Shown: positions 9,890 to 19,390 of the stretch, piece after piece
Position numbering within the stretch: the stretch's first letter is position 1
Layout: each line of letters begins with the position of its first letter
Assembly: GCA_033763455.1 (NCBI GenBank)
Contig: JANRKO010000045.1
Coordinates: forward strand, 32,001 to 96,000
Direction: 5' to 3'
Source of the DNA: Polyangiaceae bacterium
GTDB taxonomy: Bacteria > Myxococcota_A > Polyangia > Polyangiales > Polyangiaceae
Length of the DNA: 64,000 nucleotides
Made by a program: the position numbers and the translations under genes
The notes under the pieces: model-generated
Database searches by the model: none
What the model was told of the DNA's origin: nothing
Seen by the model: the letters and a program-made list of their open reading frames with translations, nothing else

Positions 9890-11095
9890 ATGGTGGGCTC
9901 GGAAGTGCACCAGTTCTTAACAAGCCCCGGTTGGATCACACGTAGCTTTGCCCAAGCCTTGCTTGCGAGTGGGCTCTGCTGCGCGTGCCAAAAACACGCG
10001 GATCGCGCTCCGCCCCCGCCATCGAACCACACGCAACCAAAAAGCCAACTCAAATCACCGAAGCGAGAGCCTGTCTCCGGAGAAACTATCGATATCCCCG
10101 GGGGGGCATTTCTGGCTGGCTCCCTTCCCGGCGAGCCGGGGCGCATCCCAGTGCTTGAGCCACGCCGCCACGAAGTGGAACTTGGGCCGTTCCGGATGGA
10201 TCGACTCCCGTTCCCGAACAACCCAACCCAACCCGCGAAAACAGGGGTGACGCGAGCGGAGGCCGAGCGCTTGTGCGTGGAAGCTGGAGCGCGCTTGTGT
10301 ACCGAACTGGAATGGGAACGCGCGTGCAAAGGGCCGGGAAACGACACCTACGTTACGGGCGCCAATTGGGACGAAGCCTGCGCGAAAACGCCCACGCGCT
10401 GCGCTTCCGGCTTTGACGTATTGGCACTAGGTGTCACGCGCGGCGAGTGGGTCCGCGGAGAGGTGCACCAGAAGGGTGGAAAGCAATTGGCGGTAGCTCG
10501 CGGAGCTCGCTCGGCGGTAAACGGTGGTCCCCGCTGCGCTCTACGCACGCCCCTGGCGCCTGACACCTCGGGTACGGATCTCGGTTTCCGTTGTTGCCAC
10601 GGTGCACCTAATGCCGCCAGCGTTACGGCACCCGAGCGGGGTGAGGTCTTCGAGAAATTAGCCCTGCCTGCGGAACGGTTAAAAAAACTGCTTCTTTCTG
10701 AGCCACGCACCGAAGCACTAGCTACCGATTTGGTTTACTTTCGAGAGCCAGACGCGGCCAACACGGTAATCTCCCGCGGGCCGGGAGATCGGCAGGGCTT
10801 CTTATTCACGGTGGCGCCGTTAATTTGGCGTCCTGTAGCGGGCGCCGAATATCTCGTCGTGAGTGCGCGTTCGGGCAAAGACACCTCGTTTGTGCTCGCA
10901 TATTATGTCCTCGGCAAAGACGAATACAAGCTAGCCGCAAGCTTCGTGATGCGTGACGAAGTAGGGCCAGTTGCCTTCGCCTATAGCCCCAGCATTCAGC
11001 CGCGCATGCACTTTAGCTCGTGCTGGGGCTGCCCCGGCGAAACGGGCAAGCTCCTCTATCGTGACCCGGATACAGTCGCGATTGTTCAGCCGTGA
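9890..11095 (+). CDS. FGE-sulfatase (SUMF1/EgtB/PvdO-like) domain lipoprotein
   Basis: IPGGAF.AGS, AERLC...GARLCTELEWERACKG and DLGFRCC motifs. Lipobox-like CCAC. Start uncertain. Confidence 0.8.
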   Translation: MVGSEVHQFLTSPGWITRSFAQALLASGLCCACQKHADRAPPPPSNHTQPKSQLKSPKREPVSGETIDIPGGAFLAGSLPGEPGRIPVLEPRRHEVELGPFRMDRLPFPNNPTQPAKTGVTRAEAERLCVEAGARLCTELEWERACKGPGNDTYVTGANWDEACAKTPTRCASGFDVLALGVTRGEWVRGEVHQKGGKQLAVARGARSAVNGGPRCALRTPLAPDTSGTDLGFRCCHGAPNAASVTAPERGEVFEKLALPAERLKKLLLSEPRTEALATDLVYFREPDAANTVISRGPGDRQGFLFTVAPLIWRPVAGAEYLVVSARSGKDTSFVLAYYVLGKDEYKLAASFVMRDEVGPVAFAYSPSIQPRMHFSSCWGCPGETGKLLYRDPDTVAIVQP

Positions 11096-11169
11096 TCGTT
11101 CCGCCGTAAACAGAAAGGGCGGGCAAGGGCTGTCGGACGGCCCGGGCATTCGCTAGCCTCACGGCCCGC

Positions 11170-12168
11170 ATGACCTCCCACGGGCCTCCCCTTCATGTCT
11201 GCTCGCGCTCACTCTGGCGAACACACTTGCTGAGCGTGGTAGCGGCAGTTCTGAGCTTACAGAGTTGCTCGATCGTTTTCTCCGAGCCGGCCCCACGTGC
11301 TCCGGAAGCCGAGAAGCCTCCACGCTGCGGCGTACGGTTGGGCCTAGCGGTGGCGGACCTCGGTTTTGTCGGGCTCGCTACTTCTGTGGCCACGGCCGAC
11401 CTTGTAGGCAACAACGTGCGCAAGGATCGCGCGACGGCTCTGCTTGCAGATGGTGCGGTCGCGGCGCTGTTCTTGGCTTCGGCGGTGTACGGCCTCAGTG
11501 AAGCTGAGGAATGCAGGGCTACTTTCGCACCGAAGGAGGCTCCGGAGCGTGAAGGGCCGAGGGCCCAGCCGTCGAGCACTTACAGGTCAACGCATGTACC
11601 TTCACCGAGCACGAGTGCAGAGCCGCAATATGCGGCCCCTTCAGGTGGTGCCGGGTTCGTATTTGGTGAGTCGCCGGAGCAGGCGCTGGCCCGCTGCAGC
11701 AGGAACGGAGGGGCATGGTCAACCGATGAAGGTGCTGCCACGTGCACCTGGCTTCGGGATCAGAACTCGGTGAGGGTGCAGCTTAATTTCTGCCCCGTGC
11801 CGTCGAATCCTGCCGCTCCCGCGCTCTGCCGCGTCTTATTCGAAACCTCCCCGCAGACCACCGACGCGTCGGTGTGGCGTCGACTCGTAACCTCACTCCA
11901 GGGACAGCTGCGTCGGCGCTTCGGGCCCACTCATGATCAGAAGGTTCGCTATCCGGAGTCCTGCAAGGCCACTGCTAGTTTCTATCAGTGTTTGGTCGAC
12001 GGCCAAATCGCATTCCGAGAGTTGTGGGGCTGGAAGGACGGCCACCGAGTAACGCTTGTCATGGACAAAGGTGGCAACCCGGGGCAACCCAGCGTTCGAA
12101 TCAGCTACGAGTCCGGCGCCTTCGCTCAAACGGCCAGCCACGACCTTCCAGAAGGGCCTACACCGTGA
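11170..12168 (+). CDS. hypothetical lipoprotein/secreted protein
   Basis: 332-aa ORF with a lipobox-like LSLQSC, two hydrophobic helices, a Pro/Ser linker and a Cys-containing C-terminal domain. Confidence 0.6.
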   Translation: MTSHGPPLHVCSRSLWRTHLLSVVAAVLSLQSCSIVFSEPAPRAPEAEKPPRCGVRLGLAVADLGFVGLATSVATADLVGNNVRKDRATALLADGAVAALFLASAVYGLSEAEECRATFAPKEAPEREGPRAQPSSTYRSTHVPSPSTSAEPQYAAPSGGAGFVFGESPEQALARCSRNGGAWSTDEGAATCTWLRDQNSVRVQLNFCPVPSNPAAPALCRVLFETSPQTTDASVWRRLVTSLQGQLRRRFGPTHDQKVRYPESCKATASFYQCLVDGQIAFRELWGWKDGHRVTLVMDKGGNPGQPSVRISYESGAFAQTASHDLPEGPTP

Positions 12169-12286
12169 ACCACCGGCTCCCACCCTTCCCTTTTCACCGT
12201 CGCGCCCCGGGCGCGATCTACAGATCTTTAGAGGAGCGTTGCCCAGGGTGGGCTCGCTTCGAGTTTGCTACAAGCTACGTTAGAAG

Positions 12287-13084
12287 GTGAGCATTCAAGT
12301 GCGCAACTGCCTCCATTACACACTCTTTGTCCTAGCGCTCGTCTCTTCTTCCACCGCACGCGCGCAAACGCCGGATGAGGCAACACAGCCGACCCCGCTG
12401 GAAGCGGCTCCAGCTCCGCAGCTTCCTCCAGCCGCCGCGCCTACTCCGGGAGCGCCCCCACCGAGCGCGAGCGCAGTTTCGCCCCAAAACGCGCAGGCTG
12501 CTCCAGCCACAAGTGAATCCAGGGCCCAAGCAGCAACCTTCGACGGCAAAGCTGGGACCATAGGCAACGTTCGGCTGGTCTTAAGCGCAGAATCGATCGC
12601 GAGCGTCTGGTATACCCGCTTCAAGGAAGACGATGCCAACGCGGCCTCAAGCCATATCCACTTCCAGCTTTTGTCCTTGTCGGAGCTCGGCGCGGACTAC
12701 TTATTTGAAGGCACACCGATTTGGACGCTGGGGGGGCAAGTGCGGCTTGACGGAGGGTGGTCACGCAATGACGACAGGGTGACCTCTTCCAACCGCTCCT
12801 TCGCCATCACCCCACGAGGCGGAGTGATTCTCGGAGACGGCGACGCCATTAGAATTTGGTTACGGGCAGGTATTGCCTATGGACACATCAACAACGACTC
12901 GGACAGCAGCAGCAGCGTGGGTATTGTGCTGAGCCCGAACGTGATTGTTTCGCCGGCACCGCACGTGGCGCTTACTTTTGGTCCGATGGTGAGGGCAGAT
13001 TCCGTATCGTACCAAGGCGGCGCTCGCCCCGGTTACACTACCGTTCAGTTGGAGTTGCGGAGCGGCATCTCACTTCTGCTATGA
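12287..13084 (+). CDS. putative outer-membrane beta-barrel protein with Pro/Ala-rich N-terminal linker
   Basis: Signal peptide ending ARA-Q, then a low-complexity linker and alternating amphipathic strands (FAITPRGGVIL, IRIWLRAGIAY, LELRSGISLLL). Confidence 0.6.
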   Translation: MSIQVRNCLHYTLFVLALVSSSTARAQTPDEATQPTPLEAAPAPQLPPAAAPTPGAPPPSASAVSPQNAQAAPATSESRAQAATFDGKAGTIGNVRLVLSAESIASVWYTRFKEDDANAASSHIHFQLLSLSELGADYLFEGTPIWTLGGQVRLDGGWSRNDDRVTSSNRSFAITPRGGVILGDGDAIRIWLRAGIAYGHINNDSDSSSSVGIVLSPNVIVSPAPHVALTFGPMVRADSVSYQGGARPGYTTVQLELRSGISLLL

Positions 13085-13092
13085 GAGATCCA

Positions 13093-13160
13093 GCCCCTCC
13101 CGCGTCTCCCGCTTTCGGGGACGCTTGGCGAGGGGCAAGCTGCCACGCTCCGTGGCAGCT
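13093..13160. other. two adjacent GC-rich hairpins in intergenic spacer
   Basis: gcccctc (13093-99) pairs with gaggggc (13130-36) around an inner stem. Perfect inverted repeat agctgccacg-ctc-cgtggcagct at 13138-13160. Confidence 0.6.
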
Positions 13161-13177
13161 GGGGAGGGCATCAAAAA

Positions 13178-14011
13178 ATGCAACCCAATCGCCTGTTGCC
13201 AGCGGCCCCAAGCTCGCGCTACGTGAGCCGAGAGACCATGTCGGTGGGACAGCAGAGAGCAAGGTGCGCATTCTTAACTCTGCTGCTCTGTGGCGGGTGT
13301 GGGGGTGAGGCGAACGGTCGATTGGAGGTTGGTTCCGTGGTGGCCCCGCTCTACGCAGGCGTAGAGGTTCGGTACAAGGCCGTGGCTCACGGTGAGGCTT
13401 GTGATGCGCCCGGAGAGGGCGAAGTGAGCGGGCCAGCCTCGCGAGGGCCAGGGCTCGATCGCTTGGACTACGTGTTCGCGTTTTCGCGGGACTACCTGGA
13501 GCTTCCAGCGGGCCGCTATGGGATTTGCGCCACTGTCTACGACACACGGGGACAGTTAGAGGCGCGCTGCCCCACATCCGCCATCGAGGTGAAGGTTACA
13601 GCGAATGTTACGTCCACCGCTTACATCGGCATCGTGTGTGATCCGGTGCTCGATGAGAAAACGGGTCACGCGTACACGGTGACGCCACTCGTAGATTCTT
13701 TCGGCGAGGCCAGCACCGTAGCTCAACAGATGGGCGGACACCTCGTCTATATCGACGACATGGACGAGAATATGATGCTCGGCAACCATTTTTCCCGCCG
13801 AAAATGGATGGGGTTCTGGGATCCAGACGGCGACCGAACCTTCGAATGGCTCGACGGAAAGGCGCGCTCCTTCTCGAATTTCTGCGCGGGTGAGCCCAAC
13901 ACCCAGGCCGGTGAATATTACGCCGAGTGGGGGATGGGGTATGCCGATACCAGCTATTGCTGGAACAACGAAGCGTACGGGCCACGCCAGGGCATTGTGG
14001 AGTTTGAGTAA
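13178..14011 (+). CDS. C-type lectin domain protein (putative lipoprotein)
   Basis: C-terminal CTLD motifs GGHLVYID..EN, WMG, FEWLDG, FSNFCAGEPN and CWNN. Lipobox-like LCGGC. Alternative start at 13238. Confidence 0.8.
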   Translation: MQPNRLLPAAPSSRYVSRETMSVGQQRARCAFLTLLLCGGCGGEANGRLEVGSVVAPLYAGVEVRYKAVAHGEACDAPGEGEVSGPASRGPGLDRLDYVFAFSRDYLELPAGRYGICATVYDTRGQLEARCPTSAIEVKVTANVTSTAYIGIVCDPVLDEKTGHAYTVTPLVDSFGEASTVAQQMGGHLVYIDDMDENMMLGNHFSRRKWMGFWDPDGDRTFEWLDGKARSFSNFCAGEPNTQAGEYYAEWGMGYADTSYCWNNEAYGPRQGIVEFE

Positions 14012-14012
14012 G

Positions 14013-15200
14013 ATGAATGTCCCGCACAGGCATAAGCTAGTGTTGCCGATTTTCATGCTCTGGGGCTGCACTCTGGAGAGCGCGAACGTGCAAGAGTTCG
14101 CGCTTGGTGGTCAGCACAGTTGCGCACTTCTTGGTGATGGCAGTGTGAAGTGCTGGGGATTTCGCGGTGGAGGCGCGGTGGGGGACGGCAAGCCACTAGG
14201 ACACGGCTTTCCGGATATTCAGACGAGCGCCGTAAGCGTGCAGGGCCTGGGCGCGCGAGCCACTCAGATTACTGCCGGCTGGAATTGGTCTTGTGCACTC
14301 CTTGAGACGGGCGCGGTGAAGTGTTGGGGGACGCCGGTGGGTGGAGCGATCTCGGATTTGCCGGACCCAGCAATGGCGGGACGCCCTACCACCGTGCCCG
14401 GCCTGGAGGCGAACGTCCAAGCGATCTCGGGGCAGTTCATCACAGCATGCGCCTTGAAAACAGACGGGAGTGTTTGGTGCTGGGGAGAGAACAATTTGCA
14501 ATGGGTAGAGCCAAAGGGATGGCAAAAGGCGCCTGTGTTGATTTCGTTCCCGCTGCCGGCACGGCTCATCGCCACTGGTAGTACCGATCTTTGCACCGTC
14601 TTGCTCGACAATAGTATTTGGTGTTCGTCGAGCGAGGGTCCGGCACGGCTTCTGCAGTTGCCCAACGTCGAGTGGCAAGCGCTCGCTGTAGGTGGAAACT
14701 ACGCTTGCGCGCTTGCGCCAGGGGGCGCTCTTTACTGTTGGAATGGCGCACCGCCGTTGAAGAAGTCCCACTACGACGACAGCTCCATCTTGCTGATGGA
14801 GCTGGACGCTCCCGTTGCGCAGATGGGACTCGGTTGGAGCCACGCTTGTGCCATTTTCGAGGGACCGTCTTCTGGCCAGCCAATAGATCCGCTTCGCGGG
14901 AACCTAGGGGGCACCCTGGGCGGTCGCATGCGCTGCTGGGGTTATGGTGTCGCTGGTGTGTTGGGAGCCAGCATCGCAACGCGGCGGACCTGCGCCGACG
15001 ACAATGAAGCGTGCGTCTCGGACACGCCGGTCGCCCCAGTTGGCCTGGGTGACGTGAAGCGCATTGGCGCGGGCTATGCCCGAACCTGTGCTGAACAGAC
15101 CGACGGGCAGGTGTTCTGCTGGGGCGATAACCTCACGGGCGCCTTGGGCAACGGGAATCGTTGGGACAGCTTCACCCCCACACGAGTGCATGGCCTCTGA
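14013..15200 (+). CDS. RCC1-repeat (beta-propeller) lipoprotein
   Basis: Repeated G..HSCALL..G.VKCWG units and lipobox LWGC. ATG lies 1 bp after the lectin stop. Confidence 0.88.
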   Translation: MNVPHRHKLVLPIFMLWGCTLESANVQEFALGGQHSCALLGDGSVKCWGFRGGGAVGDGKPLGHGFPDIQTSAVSVQGLGARATQITAGWNWSCALLETGAVKCWGTPVGGAISDLPDPAMAGRPTTVPGLEANVQAISGQFITACALKTDGSVWCWGENNLQWVEPKGWQKAPVLISFPLPARLIATGSTDLCTVLLDNSIWCSSSEGPARLLQLPNVEWQALAVGGNYACALAPGGALYCWNGAPPLKKSHYDDSSILLMELDAPVAQMGLGWSHACAIFEGPSSGQPIDPLRGNLGGTLGGRMRCWGYGVAGVLGASIATRRTCADDNEACVSDTPVAPVGLGDVKRIGAGYARTCAEQTDGQVFCWGDNLTGALGNGNRWDSFTPTRVHGL

Positions 15201-15201
15201 G

Positions 15202-17223
15202 CTAGCGCGGCCAGACTCTGGTGGGTTCACTGTTCCAGGCCTTCTGCGCGCCTATTTGACCGTCTGAATCGTTACCCCAGCAGTAGAGCTGCCGGCTCTG
15301 ATTGAGTGCGCAGGTGTGTGTGGGGCCCGCCTCCACGTGCTTCCAATCGGTGGACGTCCCAACCTGCACCGGCACGTTGCTGCCCTCCAACACTTGAACG
15401 CCGAGCTGGCTACTCGCGTTCAGGCCCCAGCAAAAGAGCGCACCATCGGTGCGAATGGCGCACGTGTGCAAGCTGGCGCTCACCTGAGACCAAAGCTCGG
15501 TGCCAATGCGCACCGGGAGTTGCTCGGGGTCCCTGGTGCCTGTGCCTAGTGCCCCATAGTACCCCGAGCCCCAACACCAAAGGCTCTGATCCAAAGCGAT
15601 AGCGCACGTGCTGTTATTGCCTGCGGTGACCTCCAAGTAGTCACGCTCCGGCGTTACTGCCTGGGGTGTCGACTGAAATCCCTGAGCTGCCACTCCCAGA
15701 GCGCCCTCGTTCCCCCAGCAAAATAGTTTGTGCGTTGGACTGATACCACACATGTGGTTCGTTCCCACCGAAACCGATTGCCACAAATCCGTGCCTACCT
15801 TTTGGGGTTGTGTGGTCTCAGTCGATCTCTCGCAATAGAGTGCATTATCTTCGGCAATCGCACAGCGCGCGAAATTATTGACGGCCAACTGGCGAAAGAC
15901 TCCAGCGTCCCAGGTTCGCTGCAGCCCATCGGGCGACCCCACGCAGGTCACCATTCCCTTGCTGAGCGTGCACGTCACGTCACTAGTCGATCCGATTTGC
16001 TCTCCGAGCGCCTCGGTTTCCACGGGAAAGCCACCTGGCAGGTCACTGCCCCAGCAGAGGATTTTCCCCTGCTCAATCCCACAGGTGGACTTGGCTCCAA
16101 GGACCACCGAGTCCCTCGCGGGGCCCACGACCAGTTGTGGCGTGCTTCTCACTCGTTCCCGCCCTGCGCCCAGCTGCGCCAAGTGATCTCGGCCCCAGCA
16201 CCAGGCCTCACCAGCCTCGTTGATGGCGCACGTGTGCGATCGGCCCGTCGCCACCGCAACCCAATCCATTGCGCTGCCCACCTGCACGAGCACACTCGTT
16301 TCTTCACGCCTGAGCGCGTTGCCGAGCTGACCAAAAGGATTCTTCCCCGAGCACCAGAGCGAACCATCGAGTGCGACTCCGCAGAAATGCTCATACGACA
16401 CCGGGGCTTCGGACTTCCATTCTCTCGGGGTACGTTGCGAGTGACACCAGCGCGAGCCATCCGCTTTTCGGGCACACGGAAAGCCACCGTCGACGCTGAG
16501 CGCCACCCAGTCCGCTTCCGTGGGAGGAAGACTGACCAGGTCGTTTGAGCACCAAACCTTCCCTGCTTGCTCCAACGCGCAAACGGACTGTGTTGCAAAA
16601 ACGACTTGCCGAAAAGCGCGAGCGGGCTCTACCAATATGGGAACCAATACGCTCGGAGATGCGATCGTAACTCCCTCCCCGGGGATCTTGGCGCCGTAAA
16701 CGTCACCCCAGCAATACAGCTTGCCTTGAGCGTTGAGTGCGCAACTCCTGCTCGCGCCTGCGGCCACATCCAGCCAGCCCCCACGATCTACCAGGGCTGG
16801 TGCTGAGTGGGCACCTCGCGTCCCGTCCCCCAGTTCGCCGTCCTCATTGTTGCCCCAACAGAATAACGCTCCCAGACGGATGCCACACGTGTGCCTAGCA
16901 CCCGCACTCACGCGCTCCCAGCCGGCTTCCCCCGAAACCCGAGTAGGCCGATCGACCGCAGCTGTGACGAACCCAGCCCCGACTTGGCCGTAGCTATTGG
17001 CTCCCCAACACCATAGGCTCGCGTCTTGGCGAATGCCGCACGAGTGATCGCCGGAACTTGAAATGGCGATAAAGCCACCGGCGCGGTTCGAGGCGGCTTC
17101 ATCGTTGGGAAATGGATCGGACTGAAAAGTCTTCTGCACGTGGATCTGGGAGGGAAAGCCCTCCTCGCCACAGGCGGTCAGCGGCAGTGTTGCCGCTAGG
17201 ATCCAACCAAACTTCGTGTGCAT
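15202..17223 (-). CDS. RCC1-repeat lipoprotein (probably two propellers)
   Basis: Many G..HTCAI...G.L.CWG.N..GQLG repeats, lipobox LTAC, and GAGG upstream of the ATG at 17223. Confidence 0.9.
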   Translation of the reverse strand: MHTKFGWILAATLPLTACGEEGFPSQIHVQKTFQSDPFPNDEAASNRAGGFIAISSSGDHSCGIRQDASLWCWGANSYGQVGAGFVTAAVDRPTRVSGEAGWERVSAGARHTCGIRLGALFCWGNNEDGELGDGTRGAHSAPALVDRGGWLDVAAGASRSCALNAQGKLYCWGDVYGAKIPGEGVTIASPSVLVPILVEPARAFRQVVFATQSVCALEQAGKVWCSNDLVSLPPTEADWVALSVDGGFPCARKADGSRWCHSQRTPREWKSEAPVSYEHFCGVALDGSLWCSGKNPFGQLGNALRREETSVLVQVGSAMDWVAVATGRSHTCAINEAGEAWCWGRDHLAQLGAGRERVRSTPQLVVGPARDSVVLGAKSTCGIEQGKILCWGSDLPGGFPVETEALGEQIGSTSDVTCTLSKGMVTCVGSPDGLQRTWDAGVFRQLAVNNFARCAIAEDNALYCERSTETTQPQKVGTDLWQSVSVGTNHMCGISPTHKLFCWGNEGALGVAAQGFQSTPQAVTPERDYLEVTAGNNSTCAIALDQSLWCWGSGYYGALGTGTRDPEQLPVRIGTELWSQVSASLHTCAIRTDGALFCWGLNASSQLGVQVLEGSNVPVQVGTSTDWKHVEAGPTHTCALNQSRQLYCWGNDSDGQIGAQKAWNSEPTRVWPR

Positions 17224-17324
17224 GTTTCCCTCCGAGGACGCGTCGCTGGGTTCCACATGCCCAGGCCCTCAGTGGATGTCAACAGGCCCAGCTTCTGCCC
17301 TGGCACCGCCTAGGGTGCCCACGT

Positions 17325-18032
17325 TCAGCCGTAGCTGGGCAAGCTAAGAGCGAAGGCTTGCCCCGTCGGCTGTGCCAGCGCGCTCACCTCAGCGCCCGCC
17401 TGCTCTGCGCAGATTTTAGCGCACAAGAAGCCAAGGCCCCGACCGTAGCGCGATGCGCCTCCCGACTTGGACCGGAGCTGGCCCTCGACCGTGAAGATCT
17501 CGCTTTGTTGCCCCTGGGCTAGAGGCGTTCCTCCATCGGCCACGATAACTGTGCAGCGGCCTCCTTCGAAGCTCGTGGAAACCTGCACGGGCGTTCCCGA
17601 CGGGCAATACTGAATGGCGCTGCGAATCAGGTTTTCGAGTACGCGGGAGAACATTTGACGGTTGGAGCGAATACGCACCGATTTTCCCACCTCATCCTTA
17701 AGCTCCACAGCCACGCCGTGGCTCGCAGCAGCCATGCGGCTGCGCTCTACAACCTCATTCACGAGCCCCGAAAAACCGAGACCAACCAGCGGCAACGGCT
17801 CGCCACCCCCAAGCTGAAAGGAAAGCACTTCCATGTTCTCAATCACGTGCATCAAGCCATCACAGGAAGCGACTGCATCTTGCGCGGCTTCGGAAAGGTC
17901 GCGATCGATGGCGCTGAGGGCAGTGAGCAGGTAGTTGAGATTGCTGTGCAGCGCAGAGAGCGGGTTGCGCATGTCATGCGTCAACAGGCCCAAGAGGCCC
18001 GACAGCGCTTTAGCATCAATGGGTTCCGTCAC
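17325..18032 (-). CDS. sensor-less histidine kinase-like protein (HisKA + degenerate HATPase)
   Basis: H-box THDMRNPL and G2 GRGLG. The N-box (NLIRSA) and G1 box (DGGTP) deviate from consensus. Confidence 0.8.
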   Translation of the reverse strand: MTEPIDAKALSGLLGLLTHDMRNPLSALHSNLNYLLTALSAIDRDLSEAAQDAVASCDGLMHVIENMEVLSFQLGGGEPLPLVGLGFSGLVNEVVERSRMAAASHGVAVELKDEVGKSVRIRSNRQMFSRVLENLIRSAIQYCPSGTPVQVSTSFEGGRCTVIVADGGTPLAQGQQSEIFTVEGQLRSKSGGASRYGRGLGFLCAKICAEQAGAEVSALAQPTGQAFALSLPSYG

Positions 18033-18904
18033 GCGGACCCCAAGAGCTGATGCTTTTCCGTGAAGCGCTCAATGCGCTCTCGCACAAGCTCTCGGTGCTC
18101 AAGCGGGGCCACGTGTGTACCATTCGTGATCGTGAATAATTCACCGCGAGGAATGGCCTCGGCCATAGCCTCGGAAATTGAGTGTGGCGTAAAAGAATCC
18201 TTCTCCCCAGCGATCAGCAACACGGGAACTTGAATGTCCTCCAACAGATCTTCTGCCGAGTGCTCACCAGCCGCCGCCAGCATTCTTAGGAACATCTGAA
18301 AATCCACGTGAGCCACGTGCTTGAAATACGGTTCGACATCCTCCACACGTATCTTGTCGGCCGCTATTTCCCCCGTCATAAGGGCTACCTTCAAAGCCAC
18401 GCGCGGCGGCACCCGGGACCAAAGGCCGCGCGCCAGCTTGGGATGGCGCCCAACAAAAGCAATAAGGTCGGGCAACACGTTAGCCAAAAGGTCCGTGCCA
18501 TGGAAAGTGTGCGTGACGCGACCAAAGCTGCCGCACAGAAAAACCATAGCGGCAACATTTTCGGGGCGCAGCCGATAAGCTTCGAGCGCCACTTGTGTCC
18601 CAAAGGAATGACCGATGAGGATCACCTTCGGATCGCCGAGGAAGCGCCGCACCACATCGAGATCGGCTGCGTGATCTCGAACTTCAATGCGACGCTCGTC
18701 AACCGGCAATGCACTCCGCCCGTGTCCGCGGTAGTTCCAATGCGCCACACTCATCGTCCGCGACAGATCATCCCAAAGGTACTTGTAGATGAAACCGTCG
18801 CAGACGAGGCCGTCGCAAAGGAGCGCCGTAACAGGGCTTGGGCCAGGACGGCGACGCACATAGAGGCGTGTGCCGTCCCCAGCGATTACGAACGATTCGT
18901 CCAC
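18029..18904 (-). CDS. alpha/beta hydrolase
   Basis: NYRGHGRS, nucleophile elbow GHSFG, acid in GEKDS, His in GTHVAP. Confidence 0.9.
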   Translation of the reverse strand: MDESFVIAGDGTRLYVRRRPGPSPVTALLCDGLVCDGFIYKYLWDDLSRTMSVAHWNYRGHGRSALPVDERRIEVRDHAADLDVVRRFLGDPKVILIGHSFGTQVALEAYRLRPENVAAMVFLCGSFGRVTHTFHGTDLLANVLPDLIAFVGRHPKLARGLWSRVPPRVALKVALMTGEIAADKIRVEDVEPYFKHVAHVDFQMFLRMLAAAGEHSAEDLLEDIQVPVLLIAGEKDSFTPHSISEAMAEAIPRGELFTITNGTHVAPLEHRELVRERIERFTEKHQLLGSA

Positions 18905-18916
18905 CGAAGCTGCGAC

Positions 18917-19138
18917 TTAGCTGGCTTCGGGAGAATCGTCGTCATCCGCAACGTCGTTAACGCTGGGGATCTTTTTGATCTCAAGCCGTGCAAGTTTCCA
19001 TGCACGCTGGACCACCCAAGAGAGCGAGCGATCTAACCGCGCCGCTTCGTCCTTGATTTCTTGGAGCATTGCCTCAGGGAAATAAAGGCTCTGCTTTCGC
19101 TTGTCGCTTCCACCAGATTTGGCATCGTTGTCGGACAC
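18917..19138 (-). CDS. TIGR04563 (MXAN_4361/4362) family small ribbon-helix-helix-like protein
   Basis: DKRKQSLYFPE.ML.EI..EA.R.DRSLSWVVQ.AW signature, recognised from memory. Confidence 0.85.
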   Translation of the reverse strand: MSDNDAKSGGSDKRKQSLYFPEAMLQEIKDEAARLDRSLSWVVQRAWKLARLEIKKIPSVNDVADDDDSPEAS

Positions 19139-19390
19139 TGAACATCACCTCTTGTGAGATTGGGTGCGTGAAATATTACTTTGTACCACTTTGAAAAGAA
19201 CCAGATCAATCCTTGCCGCGGCCAAGAGACCCGGGTTGTGTCCAGGTCAGCGGACCAAATTGCTCAGATTGCTCCGTGAATCAGAGAACGTCCCCTCTGT
19301 GGGAAACTTTAGAGCTCTGTCGGTTCCCGAGCGCGAAGGTGCCGCCCTCCCCTTCAGCGGGCTCTCGGGTCCCGTATACTCGCCCGACGT

